A DNA stretch of 64,000 nucleotides, from the NCBI GenBank assembly GCA_016291435.1, contig JAEEXH010000001.1, positions 59,661 through 123,660 of the forward strand. The letters run 5' to 3'. This document shows, piece by piece, positions 1 through 8,260 of the stretch. Positions within the stretch are counted from its first letter, which is position 1, and each line of letters starts with the position of its first letter. This DNA comes from Oscillospiraceae bacterium. GTDB lineage: Bacteria; Bacillota; Clostridia; Oscillospirales; Ruminococcaceae. A program made the position numbers and the translations under genes. Under the pieces are notes generated by a model. It was not told the DNA's origin. It saw only the letters and a list, made by a program, of their open reading frames with translations, and searched no databases.

Positions 1-2
1 AT

Positions 3-239
3 ACCAAATACGGCACCTTCAAATATAAGGTCTCGGAGCTCATCTCCTTTGATAAGAATGACAAAACCTATGTCAGCGTCACGGAGAACGAAGAGGAGCA
101 TCTGACGATCTACACCTGCCAGCCGCAGGTGCTCGGCTCCTCCGATCTGCGCATCGGCGTGCAGTGCGTGCCGGTCGAAAAGGACTACTATTTCCCGATT
201 GAGGATGACAAGACTGAGGAGGAGGGTGAGACAACATGA
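3..239 (+). CDS. sortase-family transpeptidase, C-terminal fragment (5' end lies outside the window)
   Basis: The frame is open from the window edge. The translation ...EEHLTIYTCQPQVLGSSDLRIGVQCVP... carries a TLxTC-type catalytic Cys motif. The TGA stop at 237-239 overlaps the next ATG (ATGA). Confidence 0.55.
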   Translation, partial: TKYGTFKYKVSELISFDKNDKTYVSVTENEEEHLTIYTCQPQVLGSSDLRIGVQCVPVEKDYYFPIEDDKTEEEGETT

Positions 240-1156
240 AAAAACCGCTGACCTATGCCATGAGTGTTGTCATCACGCTGCTGCTCATCTTCGGCTGTCT
301 CGGGCTCGCAGCGGGCGGGATCCTGAAATTCCGCGCCGTCAAGCCGCAGACTGCCCTGAAGCTCGTCGAATCCGAGCAGCTCGTGCAGAAGGTACACGAC
401 AATCTCGAAAGCTACTACAAAACACAGGAGAATGTCTCCGGCATCTCCGCAGATACCTACGCAGACGCGATCTCGACCGAAGCACTGACACCGATCATCC
501 GCGCTTATATCGAAAACGGCTTCGGCTATGTCAACCGCTCGCGCAATGAGATTTCCGTGCATGCGGATTTCACCGAGCTTGAGAATGATGTCACGGCGTT
601 TTTCGTGCGCTATGCCAACGAAAACGGCTACGAGCGCGACAGCACCTTCGACGCAAAGGTGAAGGAGACGATCGAGGCGGCAAAATCGAACATTCTTTCT
701 GCCTGCGATATTTACCGCTTCCGCACGCTCTCCGATGCAAATTACCTCAGCAAGCTGCGCACGGTCGCATCCTGGGCAGATTATCTGCTGATCGGCGCCG
801 TGCTGATTCTCGCGCTGCTGATGCTCGTGCTGAGCATCCTCTATCGGAAGGAGCCGGCAATGCTCTGCTACTGGGGCGGCACGGCGGTTCTGGTCAGCTC
901 CGTGCTGATGCTGATTCCCGCGCTGTATTTGCAGAGCACGCGCTGGTTTGACCGGTTCGCCGTCAAGGAAGATGCGGTCTTTGCGGCGGTCACCGGCTAT
1001 CTCTACTCGATGACGGGCACGGTCATTACGGCGGCGATCATCGGCATCGTGCTGGCTGCTGCGATCTATCTGCTCTACGGCATTGTCTCGCATGCATCCC
1101 CCGACCGCGCACGCCGCGAAGCCAAGCGCAATATGCGTGCTGCCGCGGAGGAATGA
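236..1156 (+). CDS. hypothetical membrane protein (one N-terminal TM and several C-terminal TM segments)
   Basis: ATG at 236 is preceded by GGAGGAGGG. The 306-aa product has hydrophobic segments VVITLLLIFGCLGLAAGGIL and LLIGAVLILALLMLVLSIL among others. I see no recognisable catalytic motif. Confidence 0.7.
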   Translation: MKKPLTYAMSVVITLLLIFGCLGLAAGGILKFRAVKPQTALKLVESEQLVQKVHDNLESYYKTQENVSGISADTYADAISTEALTPIIRAYIENGFGYVNRSRNEISVHADFTELENDVTAFFVRYANENGYERDSTFDAKVKETIEAAKSNILSACDIYRFRTLSDANYLSKLRTVASWADYLLIGAVLILALLMLVLSILYRKEPAMLCYWGGTAVLVSSVLMLIPALYLQSTRWFDRFAVKEDAVFAAVTGYLYSMTGTVITAAIIGIVLAAAIYLLYGIVSHASPDRARREAKRNMRAAAEE

Positions 1157-1235
1157 GGTATCGCTTCGCGATGATTTATAATGGGGACTCCGTCCCCAAA
1201 CCCCTGCCGGGGACAGCGGTCCCCGGGCCCCGTTT
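1153..1235. repeat. stop-codon-adjacent hairpin-chain repeat, copy 1 (close copy at 44960-45036)
   Basis: aatgaggtatcgcttcgcgatgatttataatggggactccgtccccaaacccctgccgggg... is almost the same string as the one following the GH5 stop codon at 44960. Confidence 0.85.
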
Positions 1236-1324
1236 TTTATTCCGTCAGGATTTCATTGCGCAGCAATTTCATTCGCAGAATTTCACTGCGGAGCAATTTC
1301 TTTCTCATTTCTGCTATTATGATG

Positions 1325-1353
1325 AAAACCTCCCCATCCCCGGGGAGGTTTTT
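1325..1353. terminator. intrinsic terminator hairpin (A-tract / T-tract flanked, potentially bidirectional)
   Basis: Stem cctcccc (1329-1335) pairs with ggggagg (1342-1348). It is flanked by aaaa and ttttt. Confidence 0.7.
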
Positions 1354-1502
1354 GCCTAACAGATATCTCCTGCGCGATGATTTATAATGGGGACTCCGTT
1401 ATGATTTGCGAAGCAATATCATTCGTCAGAATTTCATCGCGAAGCGATTTCATTGCGCAAGCTTTTTTCTTCTCATTTCTGCTCTTATGATGAAAGCCTC
1501 CC

Positions 1503-1532
1503 CATTCACGGGGAGGCTTTTGATTCATATGA
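1503..1532. terminator. intrinsic terminator hairpin (duplicate copy), placed just after the minus-strand permease stop
   Basis: 10-bp stem aagcctcccc (1504-1513) pairs with ggggaggctt (1520-1529), followed by a T-run. Confidence 0.7.
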
Positions 1533-1539
1533 AGGAAAC

Positions 1540-3624
1540 TTACGAGGATGCCGTGATGCTGAGCCAATGCACAAAATCGAGGAAATGCAGCTGCGTCACG
1601 CCGCTTTCCGCCAGCGCTGACGGCAGAAGGAAGACCGCCATCGCAATCAGGAGCGCCGTTTCCGGCGTGCGGGAGAAGCGGCTGATCTGCACCGTGCCGC
1701 CCGCGATGAGCAGCGCCGCACAGTATTGCAGCACAAGCTGTACGGTGATCACTGTTTTCAGCGAGACCGATACAGGAATCCATTGCAGCAGCTCCATGCT
1801 CTGTGCAGGTGCTTCGGGCATGGAGAACCCGACATCCTGCTGCAAACGGACAAGGTAAATGCCGTGGATGGCAGCCGCGGCGAGCGCCGTGAGGAGCATG
1901 ACCCAGAGCCATGCCGCCGTCCGGCGGTGCCCTCTGCCGCGCTTTGTCGCCCTGAGAAGCATCTCGGTGTCATACTGATTGTCATAGGCGTGCAGGCTGC
2001 GGAACATGAAGATCAGGAAGAGCAGCAAAATCATGCAGCCGCGGCGGATGGACGCATTCTCGCGGAAGAGAAGCTGATAGGAATTCTGCTGGATGAACCA
2101 CGCGGGCAGACCCGTGCGTGCGGTGTAATCCGCGAGCTTTTGCAGGGCATCCTGCAAGGCGGAGTAGAGGTTAAAATCAGATTGCAGCTTTTGCAGACGG
2201 TACTGCGCATTTGCAATCGCCTGCGGATCGCCGCCGCGTTCCATCAGCTTGTCGATGCGCGCCTGCTGCTGCTCGATCTGGTTTGCGAGTGTCTCCAGAC
2301 GGTTCGCGACATCCGTGCGCTTTTCCTCTGTCACCTCGCCTGCATACTGATCGTAGATCTGCTTGGATTCCTGCGAGACCCACACATAGAGATGCGTCTG
2401 CTGCCAGAGCGAGAAGCCGAGCAGCCCCGCAATCAGCAGCACGAGAAATCCGCGCTGTGCAATGAGGATCTTCCAGCCCTCGAAGCCAAAGAGCGTGCGC
2501 CGCCGCGTGAGCCTTGCGAATTTCTGCGCAAGGCGGTCGCCGAGCAGCTCCATCTTGCTGCCGAGCTTGCCCGGGCGGCAGTATCCGATCAGCACAAGGC
2601 AGAGCACCGTGAGAATCACGCAGAGCCCGCCGACTGTAATCAGCATATCCGTGCGGAAATTCGAGGGAAAGCCAAACCAGTTGAGATTGCTGTACTGCGT
2701 GAAGAACACATCTGCTTCGAGCGCCGCAAACACATTCAGGAACTTGAAATGCGAGAGCTTTGCCGTCGGGAGAATGAGCTTGTGCGTGAGGAAGCAGACT
2801 GCGATAACGGCAGCGGAAACCGACCATGCTGCCAGCGGATGGATCCGCGCCTGCATGAGCCACAGAAACAGCGCAAAGACTGTCACGGCAAGTGTTTTCA
2901 GCAGCGCCGCCGCAAGGAAATATCCTCCGACAGTGAGCCGCAGCGAGCAGAGCTGGAATTCCGGCACCGACTGCACTGCGCGTGTCATCACGGGGTCGCC
3001 GAGCACCGCACAGGCATAGGCGATATTCGTGCCGTAAAGCAGCAGCACCGAGAGCGCCGACATGATTACCACGGCGAGCGCCTGCCAGCCGCAGAGCGGG
3101 AGCCGTCCGCGCTTGGTCGTGCGGGTCAGCGCACCGACTGCCGTTTCCGTATCTGCCGCGAGCGAGAGCACCAGCAGAAGCGGCGCGATCAGCAGCAGAT
3201 AGTCGGTCACATCATAATCCTTGACGGCATTCACCGTGTCGTCGCATCCCGCACGGACCTTGATGCCCTCGAGCTTTGCGTAATCCTTTGCGGTTTTCTC
3301 AAGATTGCGCTGCACGAAGTCATCCTTCTTTGCGGCGAGCTTGCCGAGCACCGACTGTGTGCCCGACTGCGACTGCACATATTCGAGATACTGCGGATAG
3401 GTCTCATTGAGATATTTTTCTGTTGCGGCTTGTTTTTCGGCGGCGCGCTTTGCGTCATATTCGTCAAGGTCTGTGCCCCATGCCGCCATCTGCTGCCGCC
3501 ATCTTTCATCCTCCTGCCCGCGTGTGCGGCAGTAGCCCGCAAAGAGCGCGAGATTGCAGAGCGCGATCATCAGCAGGAGAAGAATGCGCTTGGGGTCACA
3601 GAGCAGGCGTCTCAGTTCATACAT
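1540..3624 (-). CDS. ABC-2-type transporter permease, internally duplicated (two halves, each with a TM, a coiled-coil loop and multiple TMs)
   Basis: 694 aa. The ATG at 3624 overlaps the ATPase stop by 8 nt. Two repeats of the pattern N-terminal TM, then a charged loop of about 120 aa, then a TKRGR motif, then about 5 TMs (LTRTTKRGRLPL and LLRATKRGRGHRR). Confidence 0.75.
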   Translation of the reverse strand: MYELRRLLCDPKRILLLLMIALCNLALFAGYCRTRGQEDERWRQQMAAWGTDLDEYDAKRAAEKQAATEKYLNETYPQYLEYVQSQSGTQSVLGKLAAKKDDFVQRNLEKTAKDYAKLEGIKVRAGCDDTVNAVKDYDVTDYLLLIAPLLLVLSLAADTETAVGALTRTTKRGRLPLCGWQALAVVIMSALSVLLLYGTNIAYACAVLGDPVMTRAVQSVPEFQLCSLRLTVGGYFLAAALLKTLAVTVFALFLWLMQARIHPLAAWSVSAAVIAVCFLTHKLILPTAKLSHFKFLNVFAALEADVFFTQYSNLNWFGFPSNFRTDMLITVGGLCVILTVLCLVLIGYCRPGKLGSKMELLGDRLAQKFARLTRRRTLFGFEGWKILIAQRGFLVLLIAGLLGFSLWQQTHLYVWVSQESKQIYDQYAGEVTEEKRTDVANRLETLANQIEQQQARIDKLMERGGDPQAIANAQYRLQKLQSDFNLYSALQDALQKLADYTARTGLPAWFIQQNSYQLLFRENASIRRGCMILLLFLIFMFRSLHAYDNQYDTEMLLRATKRGRGHRRTAAWLWVMLLTALAAAAIHGIYLVRLQQDVGFSMPEAPAQSMELLQWIPVSVSLKTVITVQLVLQYCAALLIAGGTVQISRFSRTPETALLIAMAVFLLPSALAESGVTQLHFLDFVHWLSITASS

Positions 3625-4501
3625 ACTGCCGGTTCCCCTTTAAGTAGAGATGACACACATCCTCAAGCGTGAGATTGTCTGTCACCGGGACGCAGCCCTC
3701 GGGCAGCGGGTCATCGGCAATGCGCAGGACAAAGCCGTCCCTGCGCTCCGCGATCTCGCCGGCGGGATATTCCGCCTGCTTTGCGCGGATCTCATCATAA
3801 GTACCGACAAACTCGCCGATCTTGCCCTCTGCGTTTTCGAGCAGCGCGTGCGGGGTATCGAAGGCAATGCGCTCGCCGCCGCGGATGAGCAGCACCTTCT
3901 TTGCGATGCAGGCAATGTCGCTGACAACATGCGTTGCGAGCAGGACAATGCGGTCACGCGCAAGCTCTGCGATGTCATTGCGGATGCGGATGCGCTCCTC
4001 GGGATCAAGGCCCGCAGTCGGCTCATCGAGAATGAGCACCTGCGGCTTGCCGAGCATCGAGGAAGCGAGCATGACGCGCTGCCGCATGCCGCCCGAGAAG
4101 GTGCCGATCTTCCTGTGTGCATGCTGCGAGAGGTTCACCGCCTCAAGCATCTCCTCGGTCTCCGTTTTGATGTCGCGGCGCTTCATGCCCTTCAGCGCGC
4201 CCATATAATAGAGGAAGCGGCGTGCGGTGAATTCGTCGTAGAGCCCCTGAAGCTGCGGCGTATAGCCGACCAGCTCCCGCCATTTTGCCCCCATCGTGAG
4301 GATCTCGGTGCCGTTCCAGAGGATCTCTCCCCCGGTGCGCTTCATGTGGTCGGTCATCAGCTTCATGAGCGTCGATTTGCCCGCGCCGTTTGCGCCGAGC
4401 AGACCCGTCACGCCCGGCTCAAGCGTAAAGCTCATGTCGCTGAGTGCCGTGAAGCTGCCGTATTTTTTCGTGAGATGTCTGATTTCCAGTTTGTTTGCCA
4501 T
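3617..4501 (-). CDS. ABC transporter ATP-binding protein
   Basis: Walker A GANGAGKST, signature FSGGMRQR and Walker B LILDEPTAGLD. I chose the ATG at 4501 (MANKLEIRHL) because it has the RBS AAGGAGAA upstream; the longer ORF extension back to 4648 lacks one. Confidence 0.92.
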   Translation of the reverse strand: MANKLEIRHLTKKYGSFTALSDMSFTLEPGVTGLLGANGAGKSTLMKLMTDHMKRTGGEILWNGTEILTMGAKWRELVGYTPQLQGLYDEFTARRFLYYMGALKGMKRRDIKTETEEMLEAVNLSQHAHRKIGTFSGGMRQRVMLASSMLGKPQVLILDEPTAGLDPEERIRIRNDIAELARDRIVLLATHVVSDIACIAKKVLLIRGGERIAFDTPHALLENAEGKIGEFVGTYDEIRAKQAEYPAGEIAERRDGFVLRIADDPLPEGCVPVTDNLTLEDVCHLYLKGNRQYV

Positions 4502-4539
4502 GTGTGTTCTCCTTGGTTTGTGTTCGGGCTGCGTTAGGT

Positions 4540-4582
4540 GCCCTCTGTATCTATATACAATCGGCGGGCAGGTTTTCGTGCA
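4540..4582 (-). promoter_or_regulatory. conserved upstream element of the ABC operon, near-identical to the element upstream of module 7 (22544-22586)
   Basis: Minus-strand reading: TGCACGAAAACCtGCCCgcCgaTTGTATATAgAtACAGAGGGC. At 22544-22586 it reads TGCACGAAAACCgCCCtcaCggTTGTATATAtAaCAGAGGGC. Both lie about 40 nt before an RBS and ATG. Confidence 0.5.
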
Positions 4583-4610
4583 GAGCTCCGGGAGAAATTT
4601 CCGCTTGCCG

Positions 4611-5900
4611 TTATTTGTATACCGGGAGCCATTCCGCTTTGCCTGCAAGCAGATCGGATACGCTGCATTTCAGGCCGTCACGGAGCGGGTCGATGCCCTC
4701 CATGGGGTCTGCCGTGCGCTCCAGGAGGATGACCGTGAGCGTTTCGTCGTCAGAGAACATGTGCAAGAGCTGCATGTCCTCCGGGATTGCGATGCTGCCG
4801 CAGATCTGCATATCGGTACTGAGCAGCAGCACGCTGTTTTCTGCGCTTTCTGTGTAGAGGTAGGTACCGTCAAAGAGCATATGCTCCCAGCTGACATCGC
4901 CCGCCGCCTGCATATCAAGCGCTGTGTCGGTATCGGTGCCGGGGTCGCGCAGAAGCATCCGGGGATTCCCTGCCGAGGCATCTATCCGGATGAAGCGCTC
5001 CGCAGAGGGTGCGATCGCGGGGATATTCCCGCCAAGATAGGTCTCTGCTTCGCCGGTCAGCAGGCTGACACGGTGAATGCCGTCGCCGCTGCGGGGCTGC
5101 TTTGGCTGCCAGAAGTAAAGATCATCGCCGCTGCCCCAGAGGGTAGTCGGTTCGGTGAGTTTGCCAGGTCTGCCGGCGGGCGGCATTTCCTCGCAAACGA
5201 CAAACTGCCGCTTTTCTCTCGGGTCATAGCCGATGACCGCATAGCCCCTGCGCGAACAGTCTGCCTGTGAACCGACGATTGTGTTGTCCTGAAAATCGGG
5301 ATCATCGAGGATGCTGATGAGTGCATACAGGCAGCCGCGGTGTACGCAGAAGTCGGTCACATCCGCGGCGGTATAGGGCATTTCCCAGTATGCCAGCTCC
5401 TCGATGCCGGTGCCGTCCGGCGCATAAGAAAGGAGTACGGGAAAAGAAAAGTCAAAGTTTCCGTTTTTCTTATCCGCAAAGGAATAGAGCGTGCCGTCCG
5501 CAGAGAGGAGCCATGTCCGGCGGTATGTGTCCGCTGAGGCTTCGCAGAATGCGCTGCCGTCGTGCAGACAGTTTGCACGGGCGCAGAGCGGAACCGCCGT
5601 GCCGCTTCTGTCGCAGAACTGATAAAGCGTCTGTCCGCTGCCGTCATATTCGTCGGTGCGGTAGTAAATGCCGTCTGCCGTCTCCGCGATGAGCGGCATC
5701 GGTTCATAGATGCTCCTGACGCGCGCAGAGGGATTATCCTTCTGCGCGGTCAGGGTCGGAGCGGCATAGCCTTCATCGGTGATGTGCTTTTCCGGCAAAG
5801 CGGCGCTGCTTTCTTTCAAGGGCTGCCCGTCCGAAGCCTCTGCGCAGGCAGTGAGCGTGCAGCAGAGCAGGAGGAGAGAAACACACACAGAGCGTTTCAT
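4611..5900 (-). CDS. lipoprotein paralog (P1) of the C-x4-C-x-H-x5-C ectodomain family; lacks the anti-sigma-like N-terminus
   Basis: 429 aa. The signal peptide has a lipobox (MKRSVCVSLLLLCCTLTAC). It contains PLCARANCLHDGSAFCEAS, LLSYAPDGTGIEELA, HRGCLY and a C-terminal SDLLAGKAEW, as in the other paralogs. RBS GAGGAGGG; only 12 nt separate it from the P2 stop. Confidence 0.85.
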   Translation of the reverse strand: MKRSVCVSLLLLCCTLTACAEASDGQPLKESSAALPEKHITDEGYAAPTLTAQKDNPSARVRSIYEPMPLIAETADGIYYRTDEYDGSGQTLYQFCDRSGTAVPLCARANCLHDGSAFCEASADTYRRTWLLSADGTLYSFADKKNGNFDFSFPVLLSYAPDGTGIEELAYWEMPYTAADVTDFCVHRGCLYALISILDDPDFQDNTIVGSQADCSRRGYAVIGYDPREKRQFVVCEEMPPAGRPGKLTEPTTLWGSGDDLYFWQPKQPRSGDGIHRVSLLTGEAETYLGGNIPAIAPSAERFIRIDASAGNPRMLLRDPGTDTDTALDMQAAGDVSWEHMLFDGTYLYTESAENSVLLLSTDMQICGSIAIPEDMQLLHMFSDDETLTVILLERTADPMEGIDPLRDGLKCSVSDLLAGKAEWLPVYK

Positions 5901-5912
5901 GCGGTGCCCTCC

Positions 5913-7553
5913 TCAGTGATAAATGATCTGCATATTATCGTCAATATGTGCTGCCTTGAGCGTAATATCGGAGACCTGAAGGAATTTCTCCCAGTCCTCC
6001 GAAGCGCTGCCCTTTCCGGCGAGCAGATCGCTGACACGGATGCGGTAAAGATAATCGTTCGGGTCCATCGTTTCGATGTCGCTTCTCCACTGCGCTTCAT
6101 ATTCTCCGTTTTCCAGCTGCGTGTGCGTCACCAGATGTTCGGAATTGCGCTGCATCACATACAGATAATCCCCGCGCAGAAAGCTGTCTGTCTGAGATTC
6201 CATGAAATCCGGCGCCGCGACCGTCTGCACAACACGGCAGTCATAATCACAGAGATACAGCACAAAGTTCGGATCTTCCCCCTCTGCCGGGGTCGAGACA
6301 AACAGCAGATAATCGTCATTCACCGAATAGTCATCCCAGTTCGGGTGTCCCTTGATCCCGGTTCTGTCCAGACGGGTCTCCTCGCCCGTGAACAGGTCAA
6401 GGCGCGTGAGCTTTGTGCCGTTTATGTCGCTGTCAAGCACGAAGCAGGCGTCCTTGCCGAACTGGATATTTGCGTCCATCGCCTGTTTGAGCGTCTTTAT
6501 CTCGAAGCTGTGCAGATCGAGCTGCTTGATGCTGCCGAGGATCAGGCTGTCGCCGTATCCCGCGATCATCCCGTAGGTGCCGCAGTCCCTCGATTCATCC
6601 GGCTCCGGCATGTTTATCGCAAGAATGCCGCCCTTGCCGGTCGCGAGCTCATAGCAGACGATCGCCGAGCCGCGGCAGCACGGCGAGCCTGCAACATCAC
6701 GGTTGGTCGCGTCCAGACCGACAGAGGCAAAGAGACAGCCGCGGTAAAGGATCACATCCACCACAGATGCGGCATATGTTTCATACGGGAATGAGAACCG
6801 CATGAGCTCCTCAATGCGGGTGCCGTCATTTGCATAGCGCAGAACCAGCGGCCCCCCGCCCCAGGAGCCGTCCTCATTGAGCGGCTGGGTGATCATATAG
6901 AGCTGATCGTCATAGCTGATGAAACGCCCCGGTGCATAGGCTTTCGTCGATGCCACGCAGTAGGGATTGCCGTCGTGCAGGCAGTTTGCCCGGGCGCAGA
7001 GCGGCACGCATTCGCCGGTCTCCTTGTCCTGATAATAATAGCAGCTGTGCTCGTTCTGCGCGCGCTGCGGAAAGCTCTCGGTGTTGTCCGGGTCATAGTT
7101 CAGCTCATACGTATCCTGCATGTAGTAAAGGCCGTCCGAGGTCTCTGCAAACCATGCCATCTCGTCATAGCGATAGCGCTGTCCGCCGAGATGATACGGC
7201 GCTGCCGTGCGCGTGTCATCCGTGAGACGGAGCGCCTCCGGCTGCTCCTGCACGCTGACAACTGCCGGTTCATTGCTGCTGCCGCGGTCAAAGATATTGC
7301 CGCCCTGCGAGCCGCGCATTGCGACGGCTGCCGCGATGCCGCCCGCGCCGAGCACTGCCGCCGTGATCGCGGCACCGATCGCGATTTTTCCGATTTTCCG
7401 TTTGTTTTCCCGCTTTTCCATTGTGCGTTTCCCTTTCCGGGATGCTGCTTCGGCACGCTGCTCCCGCACATAGTCCGCGATCATGTCATAATACCTGCGG
7501 TCTGCGTTCTTCACAGCGCGGCGGATCCGTTCCTCCGTGAGCTTCACAGCCAT
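5913..7553 (-). CDS. single-pass membrane sensor paralog P2 (putative anti-sigma of module 1)
   Basis: 546 aa. N-terminal ADRRYYDM motif, TM AAVLGAGGIAAAVAMRG and ectodomain PLCARANCLHDGNPYCVAS. The ATG at 7553 overlaps the sigma stop by 10 nt. Confidence 0.85.
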   Translation of the reverse strand: MAVKLTEERIRRAVKNADRRYYDMIADYVREQRAEAASRKGKRTMEKRENKRKIGKIAIGAAITAAVLGAGGIAAAVAMRGSQGGNIFDRGSSNEPAVVSVQEQPEALRLTDDTRTAAPYHLGGQRYRYDEMAWFAETSDGLYYMQDTYELNYDPDNTESFPQRAQNEHSCYYYQDKETGECVPLCARANCLHDGNPYCVASTKAYAPGRFISYDDQLYMITQPLNEDGSWGGGPLVLRYANDGTRIEELMRFSFPYETYAASVVDVILYRGCLFASVGLDATNRDVAGSPCCRGSAIVCYELATGKGGILAINMPEPDESRDCGTYGMIAGYGDSLILGSIKQLDLHSFEIKTLKQAMDANIQFGKDACFVLDSDINGTKLTRLDLFTGEETRLDRTGIKGHPNWDDYSVNDDYLLFVSTPAEGEDPNFVLYLCDYDCRVVQTVAAPDFMESQTDSFLRGDYLYVMQRNSEHLVTHTQLENGEYEAQWRSDIETMDPNDYLYRIRVSDLLAGKGSASEDWEKFLQVSDITLKAAHIDDNMQIIYH

Positions 7554-8104
7554 CCCTCCTCACTCAAGAATTTCCGCAGCTTTTTGCGGGTGCGCATCAG
7601 CGTGACGGTCACCCGGCTCTGCGAGATGCCGAAGGCTTCGGCGATCTCCCGCGTGCTGCGGTCGTTTCCGTAGTAATGCACAAAGATCATGACAGTCATC
7701 TTCGGGAGCGTCTTCAGAAACCGCCCGACTGCTTCATCCAGAAGCCGCTCCTCCATGAGCTGCTCGATGGAATCGCCTGCCGGCTCCCTGCCGCGGCTAA
7801 GATCGTGGAGCGGGATCTCCGCCTGTCCGCCGCCGCGCTTCTTTGCCTGCTTCTGCTCCGCACGGTTGAGCGAAAGCCGCTTCACCGTCGTGTGCAGATA
7901 GGCGCCGAAGCTCTTCGGGGCTGCGGGCGGGACTGCGCTCCAGACTTGCAGCAGCGCGTCGTTCCAGACCTCCTCTGCGTCCTGCTCGCTGTGCAGAATG
8001 CGCATCGCGAGCTTTTTGCAGGCGCCGCCGTACTGCGCCGTCAGCGCCCTGAGCGCCGATTCATCGCGCTTTTGCAGCAGCGTTAAGATCTGCCTGTCCG
8101 TCAT
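7544..8104 (-). CDS. ECF-type sigma-70 family factor (module 1)
   Basis: 186 aa. Region 2-like DAEEVWNDALLQVWSAVPP...YLHTTVKRLSLNR and a region 4 HTH REIAEAFGISQSRVTVTLMRTRKKLRKFL. Confidence 0.88.
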   Translation of the reverse strand: MTDRQILTLLQKRDESALRALTAQYGGACKKLAMRILHSEQDAEEVWNDALLQVWSAVPPAAPKSFGAYLHTTVKRLSLNRAEQKQAKKRGGGQAEIPLHDLSRGREPAGDSIEQLMEERLLDEAVGRFLKTLPKMTVMIFVHYYGNDRSTREIAEAFGISQSRVTVTLMRTRKKLRKFLSEEGWL

Positions 8105-8191
8105 TGTTCATCACTTCCCTGCGTGTTTGAGTGGGAAAGGCGTTCCGGAACCGTCATTCCCCCGTCATATGAGTGTCACTCTGTATTAGTA

Positions 8192-8219
8192 TGACAGGAA
8201 AAAATGCGGTTTCGCTACA
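8192..8219 (-). promoter_or_regulatory. ECF-type promoter-like motif TGTAGC-N16-CTGTCA (module 1)
   Basis: Minus-strand reading: TGTAGC gaaaccgcattttttc CTGTCA, followed by tactaatACAGAG. The position and motif are shared with modules 2-6. Confidence 0.5.
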
Positions 8220-8260
8220 CCTGCGGGGAAAATTTTTATTGCGGGCAATCCATTCCTCCT

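Larger units (their letters stand above)
1167..1535. repeat. tandem duplication of an intergenic unit, each copy ending in a terminator hairpin
   Basis: Both units start cgcgatgatttataatggggactccgt (1167 and 1373). Both contain ...tttctcatttctgct(a/c)ttatgatgaaa(a/g)cctcccc...ggggagg(t/c)tttt. Confidence 0.85.

Noticed and set aside
1153-1387. Small ORFs inside the tandem repeat (1153-1359, 1181-1387 and 1406-1858)
   Set aside because: They lie in duplicated non-coding repeat and terminator units. Their similarity to each other is explained by the DNA duplication, and none has an RBS.
4502-4610. Terminator between the lipoprotein paralog P1 and the ABC ATPase
   Set aside because: No convincing GC-rich stem with a U-tract is present. 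The spacer is occupied by the conserved promoter-like element instead.
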